This document shows positions 23,101 to 34,645 of a DNA stretch of 64,000 bases, in pieces (the first letter of the stretch is position 1; every line of letters starts with the position of its first letter). The DNA lies in the NCBI GenBank assembly GCA_976551045.1, contig CDPCPM010000009.1:2976001-3040000 (forward strand), given 5' to 3'. The notes beneath the pieces were generated by a model. That model did not search any database. It was given only the letters and a program-made list of their open reading frames with translations, and had not been told where the DNA came from. The stretch comes from Glaucostegus cemiculus. Its lineage: Eukaryota. A program made the position numbers and the translations under genes.

Positions 23101-26100
23101 TAAGAAAAATGTTAGTGTAAATGTAGATCTGTTATCTTGGTGCAAGGCAATTTGCCAGGTTGGTTATGATTAACTATTGTGATTTCATTTAAAACAATGT
23201 GAACAAGAAAGGGAGGCATGGTTTCCTTGTGTTTAGCCTATTGATGTGATATTCTGGAACTATTTTAGTGGATTTCAAATTAAGCCTATTGGTGTACATG
23301 TATAAAAGCTTTCAAGTCCAGATGAAAAACACAATTACAGATCTAATCCTTTTGACACATTGATTAAATATGGTGGTAATAGTGGTTGCAGTGGAAACCT
23401 ATTTAAAGCATTTGGGATTAACTGATTTCCTTCCCCTCCACTACAGCACTACCACCAACCACCACCACCATCTCCCTCCCCACGTGCATCATATTGGGAA
23501 ATCTGTATTCTAGAGCAATAGTGTTGTTCCAATAGCAGCTACCATCAATTTGGTTTTACCTCAACAAGCTAACTTAACAGCAGTATTTTGTTCCCCCTAT
23601 TTACGTTGCTTCCAAACAATCAGTAGATTGCTCTAGAATTTTGGCACAAAATTACTAAGATTATGATTCATTCATTATATTTCTGTGCTTCACATTCATT
23701 TGGCTGAATGTGGTGATGAATGTGCTTGCAAAATATTTGAATGTCATTATATTGAAAGATTAAATTATAATGTTACATCAGAAAGTCTGTAAATGTACTG
23801 GCCCCATATGTTAAGGTGTGAAAACATTCAAATTAGTAGGATTCTACAAAAACCTTGTACTGATGTCACACTTCCCGACCACATTTTTGTTGCTAGCATC
23901 TGTTGGTATAATTATGGAACAGAACAATAACCTTCAGTTTGAAAACTGATAGCAGTCACAAATTTTGCCTAGGTTCCAAAACTTGCTATTTGTGGCTATT
24001 AAGTGCAAATTTGTTTAAATGCAACATGAGAATCTGAGTGGTAGGCAGTATATGTAGCTTGTTAGAATGACTACATGCTCTTTGGACCAGTTACATATCA
24101 ACTGTCACTCATCTGTTTCTAAATTTATTGGTCTCAATCCAGTGGACCATAGTTAATTTAGAGCTGCCACTTGTGCTGTGCTTGTAAATATAAATAACTC
24201 TTCCTGCAAATATAAATAACTTAATCTTTTGCTATTCAAACAACAATTGAAGCTAATTTGTATGACCTTTGAAAGCAAGTCCAATCTCTCAAATGGCTGG
24301 AACAGTTTTAATCTGCTCAATTTTAATTTTTTTAGCTCTTTACACAGTTTTCTGCAATCACTTTAGGAATAATTATAACCTATTCATTGTAAATTAATTC
24401 TCTCTGATGCATCATACTCAGCTGTCAAAAGATGATATTGAGATTCTACAGCATGATTGATTGAACTTTGTGTGAAAATAGAAAGGACCGAGTTCTTGAA
24501 TTCGCCTGGTTAATAAGCCATTGAGTAACTGAAACACTCAAAAATATTATGTTGATTCCTGTAGGGTAATCTTAAGCTTGTTCACCAGATAGGAAGTCCG
24601 TGGAATCTGCTGGATTGTTGGCTTTACAACTCTTGTAGTGTCTACTGACTTCATTGGGGAATAAAGACCAATAATACATAAAACCAGGATTCTACCCAAT
24701 TCCATGGGTTCTGGGGAGGTGAAGTCATTTTGTTAACACTTTTAATATACAAGTCCTCATAAGCCAAAGTAACTGACAAAAATTGGGCTATGTTGTATGA
24801 GTGTTTGTACTAGAATTTGGTACTCAAATTAATTTTGTATAGTGGACCTGGGAAGTAGGCAATTCACCCATTTATGAGGACCAGCACCACAGGATTTCTT
24901 TGAACAAGGGCCTATTTAAGAAAAAGCAAGGTTCTATTGTATTGATATTTACAGTACAATTGTTTACTATATCAGGCAGTGCAGAGCATCTCCCTTCCAC
25001 CTCCCCTTCCCCCCCCCCCCCCCCAAGCATTGTATCCATACAAACTTTACCAGCTCGTTCACTGCATGGCATCAAAGAACCCATCATAACCAAGGGTTCC
25101 CACACAGTGGCATTGATTAGGCAGGCTTGTCAATCTAATAAAGTCTCCAGAATACCACAGTATTGCCAGCTTCTCTTGTTTAATTTCTGTGTCATTGATG
25201 TTCAGCAACACTAAGCAACCATCTTTGGTGGCATCAGAATACATTATTGTTGTGGATATGTTGCTATCACAGATTGTGGTTGAGATTTAGAGTAGTGGAC
25301 GAAGCTAGTTACCTGGTTTATTTGTACACAAGCAAAGTCTTGGCCTGCTAGTTAAATGAAGTTCTTCACAGGCCATGTGAGCCACCAGTTGTGCAATTCT
25401 TGTCTTCCAAGTTATGAAGAGGCATTTAAGTCAAAAGTTCCCATTCTTGATGCCTATCATGGCCCTGGCTGAAAATGTTTGTTTGAACTTTGGCTGAGGA
25501 TACTATTGGGCTTGAATATAATGATCCCAATAGTTGATGAACCACCACCTTGCATCACCATCCTAATTTTTGTGGAGAATTGGTCTTGAGGAAAGCATCC
25601 AATAGCTTCTAGCGATTTAGAGAATGCTTTAACAGAAGAAAATAATACAAGATAAACAGAATAGTTGAATAATACTTTCACTAACACATTAGAATCAACC
25701 GCAATGCATTTTCCATTCACTGACACTAATTGATAATCCTGGAGGTCTACAATTAATTCCCTAATTTACGTAGTTTGATTTTCAACAAAAGGGGTTGTTT
25801 GCTAATCTGTAGAAGTTTCATTTTCTGTTTTCTATTTATGACAATGCTTTGCATGCTGCAGTTTGTCATGTGCAGTCATGAACTGACAGCACCGCAATTA
25901 CTTGCTTCCCTGAAGTTTTTATATAAATGTTCAGTTTCTGATATTTCTTCTATTTGTTTGAAGTTGTTTTGAAGCTGAGCTTGCTTAAATTCTAGTTTTC
26001 ATTTGTTTACGAGCTTGTGCCCAGCTTTGATTTGACTGTGTTTATGCTGTAATGGAAAGATCGTGAAATATAAAACTGCAGCAAAATGTGTACTTTTTAA

Positions 26101-27439
26101 GTTTTGGATTGGTAGATCAATGTTATGATGGTCTTTTGTGAATTTGTATGGAAACTGGCTAATATACATAGAGTTCCTAAACCAAATTTAGTTTCCTGAG
26201 GGACCATTTTCATGGAAGACTTGCTTTTGCATTTTGAGGAGAAAGAGAAGCAGGTTATTGCCTTTATTTTAGTCTAAATCTTTCACTTCAAGGCTCTGCA
26301 GGAAAAATGGCTCACTCCTCTGACCTAGTCAAATCTAATTTACAATGGGTTCTTAATTGTAACATACTCAAGGTAGAATGGTAACAAGTGGATGGGATTT
26401 CAACTGCCAGAGAGCCTCCATAAACAGTATAAAGAATCTTTGGGCTCCAACAGCATCTTTCATGAAGTCAGCCGTACAACTGTCTTTGGTCAATGCTTAA
26501 TTAGTCAACTAAAGAAATAATGTCTTCTCCAGCACTGGACTAGATAGAACATGAGAAGTTATGATTTGAAACCAACAAAGATCAAAAGCATCAAATGTTC
26601 TGGATATATCATACATTGTGTACTCTCCCCTTCAGGTCACCAAGGGACAAGACAAGAGCTGTGGAGTTGTTCCCTAGTGTTATGGAGAGTATCAGAAAAA
26701 GCAAGGGGACTTTGACTTTAGTCTTGAAAGGAGCTTTACAGATGTCCAGAAAGGTATATTAAGTAGGATGGAAACAGAAGCTCAGACCATAATTTTAAAT
26801 TAAGTCACTAAGGTCAGACTTGCATATGGTATTTTGGGATAGCAACCAGGACATTGTGATTTCAAGTAATCTATCATCAAATCATGTGAGGAATGGTGGA
26901 GCTGAATCATTTGGGAACCACTTTGGCTAAAGGAAAGCTTGCACCTCACTAGGTGGAAGAACTTGTATTCATCTCATTCATGAGAATGAATGTGTTCTGG
27001 AAGTTGTGTAACAATCCAGAATGAAATCTTTAGCTAGAGTTCATGGTAAGAAAGATTATCCTGTTAAGACAGTTGTTAGATTTTTTTGCCTATCAATTTA
27101 ACAAACATTATTAGTGAAATGTAAGACTCTTTACTATATAGAACTAAAAAAGTGAAGGTAATTGATAATGCATTCATTAGCTCATTAATTATTTCCCTGA
27201 ACTGATTGCCTGAAATCATTAGGCACATTTCTGTCTGCCAGCTGTGAGAAGTCAAAGTGAAGTTTCTTTTGTAAGCTTTGGGCAAGGTGACCTGTAATTG
27301 AGTACAGTTTGATGCTCAAAGGCAATAAGATGTCTAGAGCTATCTTTGTCCTAGATTGCATTCATGCACTCATGCAGCTGTTACATGGTGGAGTGATCTT
27401 CCCAATATATCTAACCTATGCTTGAATTTGTATGTTGTA

Positions 27440-27660
27440 TTATTCATATGAAGCATGAGGGTATCATTGCTCATGTCAGCACTACTGCCCATCATAATTG
27501 TCCTTGAAGGTAGTGGTGATGATGACATTGAATCACTTCAATTCTTCTAGTGAAGAGAGTCCCATGGTGTTGTTAGGTAGGAAGTTCTAGGATTTGGGCC
27601 CAGAGACAATGAAGTAATACTGCTATACTTCCAGATCAAGATGATATCGTGACTTGAAGA
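27440..27660 (-). mobile_element. Decayed CR1-type 3' UTR repeat
   Basis: gcccatcataattgtccttgaaggtagtggtg...gttaggtagg.agttctaggattt. The same family recurs at about 46600-46810, 50920-51300 and 57880-57970. Confidence 0.5.
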
Positions 27661-28039
27661 ATCTAATCGGGATCTTTTCCTTTTCTGTCCTTCACTATAC
27701 AATTATAAGGCCTTCGCTAAATCAGTATTTTAATATCTTTACCACAAATTGGATCGGTTGTGACCAAACATGCATTATTGTAAACTCTATACCTGAAAAT
27801 GTCCCTATTAATGTTCAACAATTATAATGCATGTTAATTATTTATATGGAAAAAGTCTGATATTTCTTCAATGTTGTTGATATATTGAAGTTGTGAGCCA
27901 AAGAAGTTAAGCATTTCTAAATTCTATTAAGGATAAACGTATCAAAAATTATGGTTTTGGCATAATATGCAAGCCAGATCAGGTAAGTAAAAATTATTTG
28001 GTTAATGATCAGCAATTTTAAAATGTTACATTTAGCTAT

Positions 28040-28290
28040 GATGACGGTGTTCAAAACAGTGAAGGCTTTTGCTGGAGTCAATGAGGAGGAAATATTTCTA
28101 ATAACATGAGGGTTAGAAACCAAAGGATGCAGATTCAAGGTAATTGGCAAAGAATTAGATGAGAAAGGAACATTTTATGCAGCAAGTTGTGATCTGAAAT
28201 GCACCACCTGGAAGAGTTGTGTCAGCAGATAATAACAGTAGTAACTTTTAATACAACATTGGATGAATATTTGAGGCAGTGAAGAGGGAT
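28040..28290 (+). mobile_element. CR1 3' fragment
   Basis: aaccaaaggatgcagattcaaggtaattggcaaaaga..tttatgcagcaagttgtgatctgaaatgcaccacctggaagagttgtg is the CR1 ORF2 end. Confidence 0.7.
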
Positions 28291-29238
28291 TATGAAGTAA
28301 ATATCCAGGCCACGTAGACCAGTGAAGTGCCAGTTTAACTCCAGGTTTAATTTGATCCCAGCTAGGTGGAAATAAGGCTGCTAGAATTGACTTGGAGGAA
28401 AGATTACAGGCATGATTCTACTCTGTGTATTTACCCAGCGACCCTCAATGGCAAGTCTACTTGTGTGAATGAGAGCAGAATGAACTGATTTGTAACCATA
28501 TAATTTTACAATAAAGCAGTCCTTTGGCCAATCATTTGAAAGAACTACCTGATGTATGGTTCTGGTCCTCTGGTATTCCCCTTTGGCCCTGCAAATATTC
28601 CCTTTTCAAAGATCTGTGAAAGGAGTAATGTCAGGAAGTAACTTTGGCAAGCACAATAAAATTATTGATCGCTTTCCAGTTCAATTAATCAGAATAGTAG
28701 TTTTAAATTTATTTAGTTATTGAAAAATTAGTGCAAAAATTTGGTGAAAGTAGGGTTTGTTAAAATGTTTTAATATATTATGGCATTGAGTGGTGAATCT
28801 GCATCATTTGGCTAACTCTTATTACTTGTTTACAGGTAATGTCACCTTTGTAGAGTGATAATACATGGTAATTTGTAATGGGAAGTAAAGCTCCTGTTTA
28901 TAGGAATAGCTTCACAAGTCAATTCAACAGAAATTGCTTTACTGTTTTTAAAAAAAGTTGACTGCCCTTTACAGCTGTAGTTGTTTTGTATCTTCAGGGA
29001 ACCTTTGATTTCAGCCCTCATTTTAAGTTATTTCAGAATGTTGGTGAATATTTTCTTACCATTTTATAAATAATTATTCAAATAAAACTAGAATTGATGC
29101 AGAAGATGAGGTTATTAAAATCCGTAGATTCATAGTGATGTTACCCAAGCAAGCTCTTCTAATAAAGGAGTGACCCCATCCATCCCTTCCTGCCTGTGCA
29201 AGTCCTGCTCACCCGAGTTTCCTTCCATCCAATCCTAG

Positions 29239-30199
29239 GCGTCCTGGGAGAAGTGGCCAGCAGCAATTGGACTGCGAATCGCAAAGTATTGAAGGGGCAC
29301 TTCCAAAGTCGCTAAGAAGCTTTCAGACCGTGACACAGGACGGTTATGGATCTTCTGTTATTCTCAAAATACCAGTGACTCAATCAGCCCAAAAGGGTGA
29401 GGAACCTATGAACAGGAATGAGGCATCTTCCACATCCAATTTAGGACCAACATCTCAGCATCGTGGACAGCACTTAGTTCTGGCCAGAGAGGCCCCTTGG
29501 GCCAAACCACATTATGAATTCAATTTGGAGCATGCCAGTTTCAGGGGAAATGATGTGTGTACTGATGCCAAGGAACTTTCTTCACGCCAAGTGGCATTTC
29601 AGAGAGGATCGGTTCAAACAAAACATAATGCAAAAAAAGACCAAGGCTGCTCAGCTTCTGTGGATTTGAAGATACCACAGGTTCGAGGAATGGATCTCAC
29701 TTCTGGAACCAATGCCACAAGTCATTATACGTGTAGCCCATTGCTCATGAATTCACAGATTGAAAGTGCAGTTCACAGGAAACTCAGAGTGATCCTTCCG
29801 AAGCAGAATTTGTGGCACAGGAAAGGGGTAGTGAGTTTGATTGATGGAGGACATGATTCCTGGGACTCATTTGTGGATCAGCCAACCTCCAGCAAGCAGC
29901 AGGGCACATCTGAGCAAGAAGGTGACTCAAAACAGCCCAGAAAAAAGCGTGGACGCTATCGACAATATAATAATGAGATCCTTGAAGAAGCAATCACTGT
30001 GGTGATGAATGGGAAGATGAGCGTCTCAAAAGCCCAGAGTACTTACGGAATCCCGCATAGTACCCTGGAATATAAAGTGAAAGAGCGGCTGGGTACTTTG
30101 AAAAACCCCCCTAAGAAGAAGTTGAAACTCATCAGTGCTGAACCCCAAGAGGTGTATGATGAGCTGGAACACAGTCCTAGCAATTCAAAAGCTGAGTAG
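29239..30199 (+). CDS. LCOR: LCOR-specific terminal coding exon (pipsqueak-type HTH)
   Basis: Acceptor ccttccatccaatcctag|, phase 2 (gg|g cgt cct ggg aga = GRPGR as in LCOR). Contains WAKPHYEFNL, VDLKIPQVRGMDL and the HTH RKKRGRYRQYNNEILEEAITVVMNGKMSVSKAQSTYGIPHSTLEYKVKER (29939-30088). TAG stop at 30197-30199. 427 aa counted from the ATG at 7378. Confidence 0.97.
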
Positions 30200-33100
30200 G
30201 GTTTTGCATTGGTGCTAATACTTTTTGGTATCTGGGTGAGCACTAGCATTAGCACAGCAACAATTTAAAAAAAAAACATGGTGGTGGAGCTGAAGTTGGG
30301 GGGGGGAGGTGGGGAATGGGATAAGCTCCTTTTGCTATTGGGAAATCTGAAGTAAAAATAGGAAATGCTAGAAAAAAATCATCAACCCAAAACATTAACC
30401 TTTTCTTTGTGAATGCTGTCTGACCTCGAGTATTTTTGCCATTTACTACTTTATTTACAGCAAATAGAAAAGGTTTAAATGTTATCTCTTCCTAACTACT
30501 CTTTGTGCATCTTTTGCACAAAGGGGTATGAACCGTATGTGTATCAAATTTCTGAACCTAAAAAAGTAGCAGTAAAAAAAGGTGAATAGCGCTATCAATA
30601 GGATCGCCACGATATATGTGACTTTCTGTGAAATATAGTTGATAAATTGAATGGTGGTAACCTGCAATGCAGGCCAGGCACTTTTCATTGTACTGGTGTT
30701 TCCCGCTCTCCATCAGTACAAGAAATGCAGCTGACGTGAAACTGATGGGTTTATACTCTGGCTGCTCCCATCCCGGCAAAGAAACGAGAATACTTTTACC
30801 AAACTATTTTCTGTCCCTTTAAATTTAAATTTCAGAATTTGTTATATTAAAGCAGTCAATGTTTTGAATTTCAAAATATTGAAAAAATGGGGAATTGGAC
30901 TTAGACTTTCCAAATGATATAGAAATACAATAATATACAATATAGGAAAACGTCCTTTTGAGTTTTGGTTGTTTTAAGCACATAACGAGATTTATAAACT
31001 GGAGTGGAGTAGAACTATCCAATGTTAGGCAAATGCTGGCAATACCTGTTGGTTTTCGGCACCCTAAAATAAATAAAAGGTAAAGGAGCCGTAAGCTCAT
31101 CATTTGCCTTTTGATCTCTAACCTCCTGGTCGGGCGAAATCTAACGAGAGAGATGGTGAGCTAACAATGTGCTGGAAACGTATCACATTGACACCAGTTA
31201 TTGAGCTAATTGTATCTATTTCTTTGGTAACGTCCATTCCCATCTCTGCCCCCACCGTTTTAACTAAAATGAAACAGGCACATGCAGCAGCTTCTAACCT
31301 TCCTCACAAGCAGCAGATTGACGACTGCAATAACCAGTCGGCGAGTTGCACTCTGCGCTGAACCAATCGGGGCAAGCGCAGGCGGGACGTCTGAGGTCCC
31401 TTTCACCAAGGCTTGTGGACTCCAGGGATGTTACTGTAGTTATATCTTTTTTTGGGGGAAAAAAATGCCTTTTGATAAATTTCCCTAAATGGAGTTCAAA
31501 GGCAATGGAGTCATTGTGAACTGGAAATCATCTGTATGAAATGTAAGTTGATCATAATGAGTAAATAGGCTCAAGAAAAGGAGTCTGCTTATTTTTACTG
31601 TTGTCTTGCTATTTTGACCCACATATTTTTTAAAAAAATAGACGTGCTCATTCCCCTAGTGCTAGAAATCATTAATTTGAAAACTCCTAGTAAATTGAGA
31701 TGAATTAATGGAGCGGTAAGGATGCGAAAGTAGAAGCTTGCTTGTAGATAATAAAAGGACGTTTTGTTATGGCTGCGCTTTTATTTGATATCATTGGAAA
31801 CAGGCCTAGTTAAGAGGCAACGAGGAGCAGAGCTCCTGAAAATCCACAAGAGGTTGTACCTCTGCACGGTCAACCCGACCCCATCCGTCCTCCATCCCCG
31901 CTCTTCTTCCTTCAGCCCCCCCCTCCCAAGTTTACGTTAATCGCCAAATATTCGAGCCTCGTTAACCTGCTAGTGTTAGTTTGAAAATACTGTTTCAATG
32001 TGATTAAGTAACAAATATTGAAATCCAGACCCTCACCCAACACTTCCTGTTTAACAATTACTGCAAAATTAGGCGTACTAGCTCAATGTGAACAAAGTGG
32101 AATCTTATTTTAATGGTGTTTAACTAATCATTGTGAAAATGTTGCTGCAACAGAATCTTTAGGCTTGAAAATATTTCTTAAGGATGAAATCTAGATTTCT
32201 CACAATATTGGCCCTTTGCATGCAAATTGTTATCAAGTTTGGAATATTAAAATATACAGCAACATCTTTTCAGTGAATACTAACACATTTTGTAGAATTT
32301 GTCATTGTAAGACATTCTGAAGTTGGCATTGCATTTGGCAATGTTCTGTGGAACTGCTAACTGATTGGTAAGTTATGGTATCAGTTTTAAAATGTCTTCT
32401 ATCTGTTCAAGTTTGATTAATTTTTTTAAGATTGCATATGAAAGGACTAGATTTGATTTTAAAGTATCAGGACTTAATGACCTTCGACCCCACAAAAAGG
32501 CACAGTTATGGCATGTACAGTTAATCTGCTAACTCTTGATTACTTAACTGGATTGATCTGAAGATGGCATATCATTTTCCCCATCTCCACCTTCTGGTTT
32601 TCAGAGGATTGGAAAGAGTGTGCAGCTGTAATGTTGCAGCTTTTTAAAACTGTATGGGAGCTAAAATGTACGTATCTAATCCCAAAAATTGGCCATTTTA
32701 CTTTCTATCTTTGAGTGGCAGATAATATTTTAAAGGTAACTATTATACTCCAAATTGGGGAATATAAAACTCGTTTAAGATGAAAAGCCATTATGTTGGT
32801 ATAACTGTAGGATTAAGGATCAGAAGTGTTCATGAGATTGGTAAACAATTTATTTTGGATTTTTTTATTATTAAAAGACTTTTTAAAATTTAAAATAACT
32901 TGATAGAAAACTGGGAAACAATATTAGGAAAAATTGAGAGCATTTAAGCTTTGCACTTAAGTTGTTTTAAATTGATTTGTATCCCCGGCACAATTTTTGT
33001 ACCCTTTACATTGGATTGGATACAAAATTAAGAGAATTACTGAGCAATGTGAAGGCAACGATTGTTAATTGAGTGTACTTGGATAATTAGACACTGGACA

Positions 33101-34319
33101 AAACTGAAACTTATTTGCTTGGTCTTGTTGAGAAATAAAATCCATAGTTTTATTTTTTAGTTGTTCATGCTCTCAATGTTACAGCTAAGGTGCTATCAAG
33201 TGTAAACGTGATCATTGCAGTGGTAGAGTATGGTATCAGGGAGAGGTGGGATACGGGCTCGTTTGCCTATTCCATCCCTCAGTTTTATCTGGTTTGTTTT
33301 TACCTATATTAAAATTTTGTAGATAATCACTTCCCACAAAGAAAGGAGGAAATAAAATCTAAGTTGCATTGTTTGATTGGTATTGTGAAAATGAAGAGCA
33401 ATATTTCAGGGGCTTTCCCTTATTATAAGAGGTAACATGACAAGAAGAGAAACGAGCCAAGGGAATTTTTTTTTTGGGGGGGGGGAGCGGAATGTGCTAT
33501 TATGTGAACCTGGGGCTAGATATTGGTCTTTTTCTGAAATTCCTCTTGCTGTTTTACTAAAAGCAGTGGTTTTGTTGTGCCTTTACTCTTGCAGTACAAA
33601 GGAATGCAGTTACCATTGGGATATTTGGCACCATTTTGGAACATTAGTGCTCCTTAACGTAGGAAGCCAACAGATGAAGGTGGGGTGGGAGTGGGAGGGA
33701 AGGAGAAGGTCTTTTAATTGTTCAGGCAGAGAGTTCTAGAAAGAAAGACTATTTCAGAATGAATCTGTTGCCACGGAGGTGCATCAATGCTTTGCCCTCA
33801 CTGTTGCAGTATTGCAGGTTCAATCCTGTTTTGATTTTGAATTGTTCATTTTTTTTCCCCAAAGGTACTTCATTGCAGTTTGCATGTTCTTCCCATGACT
33901 GCTGCAGGGGTTTCCCAAAGCTGTGCTGCTATCTTAAATGGCCACTGTGTAGTATCCCTTGTGTAGGTGGGAGTCAGGAAATTCATAGGGGTTCTGATGG
34001 ACCCAAAACACTCTCACCACTTTGGGAATGTCTGGTGCCATTAGACCAAAGAGTTAGCTCAAAAATTATGCTGTACAAAATTGTATTGCGTTAAATGTTA
34101 AAATACTTCACAAAGTTGCCGAATAGATTGCTGTCCGAAGTGCTTATCGTAAAGTGGTCTGGGATCTTTTAATTTTCCATGTCTCCACAGGTGTCATATA
34201 AATCTATAGAAAATGTTCCAATGCATGGGATAGTGGCTTATTTTGTTGTTAAATCCATTGTGCAACGTGGTTGAATAATTTTTCTGTCTAGCATAGCTTT
34301 GTATACTTTTATGTTTATA

Positions 34320-34645
34320 TAACAGCACAGAAGATGGCCAGTTGGGTCTATGCTGGCTCCCAGGGAACAATCCCAGTGGTTCTGTTCCCCACTCCTTATT
34401 TCCCTACACCCCTGCAACTACTCTCACGCATACCCATCAACTCCCCCTTTGCCATTAACTTGCTCCAATGAGTAATTTACAGTAGCCAGTTAACCTACCA
34501 GCACACCCTTGATGTAGGAGGAAACTGAAGCACCCAGGCAATCATAGAGAGAATGTGCAAACCCTGTGCAGATGGCACCCAGGGCCGGAACCAGTCTTGG
34601 TCCCTGGAGCAGTGAGGAAGCAGTACAAACTGCTGTGCCATCGTA
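34320..34645 (-). mobile_element. Old HE1-type V-SINE with CR1-like tail
   Basis: Reverse V-domain (ggaggaaactgaagcaccc..gagaatgtgcaaac), tRNA-like head at about 34590-34640 and CR1-type tail (aacagcacagaag..ggcc). Confidence 0.7.

Noticed and set aside
29161-29166. AATAAA just upstream of the LCOR terminal exon as an intronic poly(A) site
   Set aside because: The downstream sequence is C-rich rather than GU/U-rich, and AATAAA is common in this AT-rich DNA.
29267-30199. TTG and GTG 'starts' of the 310-aa and 1603-aa ORFs as independent genes
   Set aside because: Both ORFs are entered by splicing at 29239 and 58642. The starts are artefacts of a prokaryote-style ORF caller.
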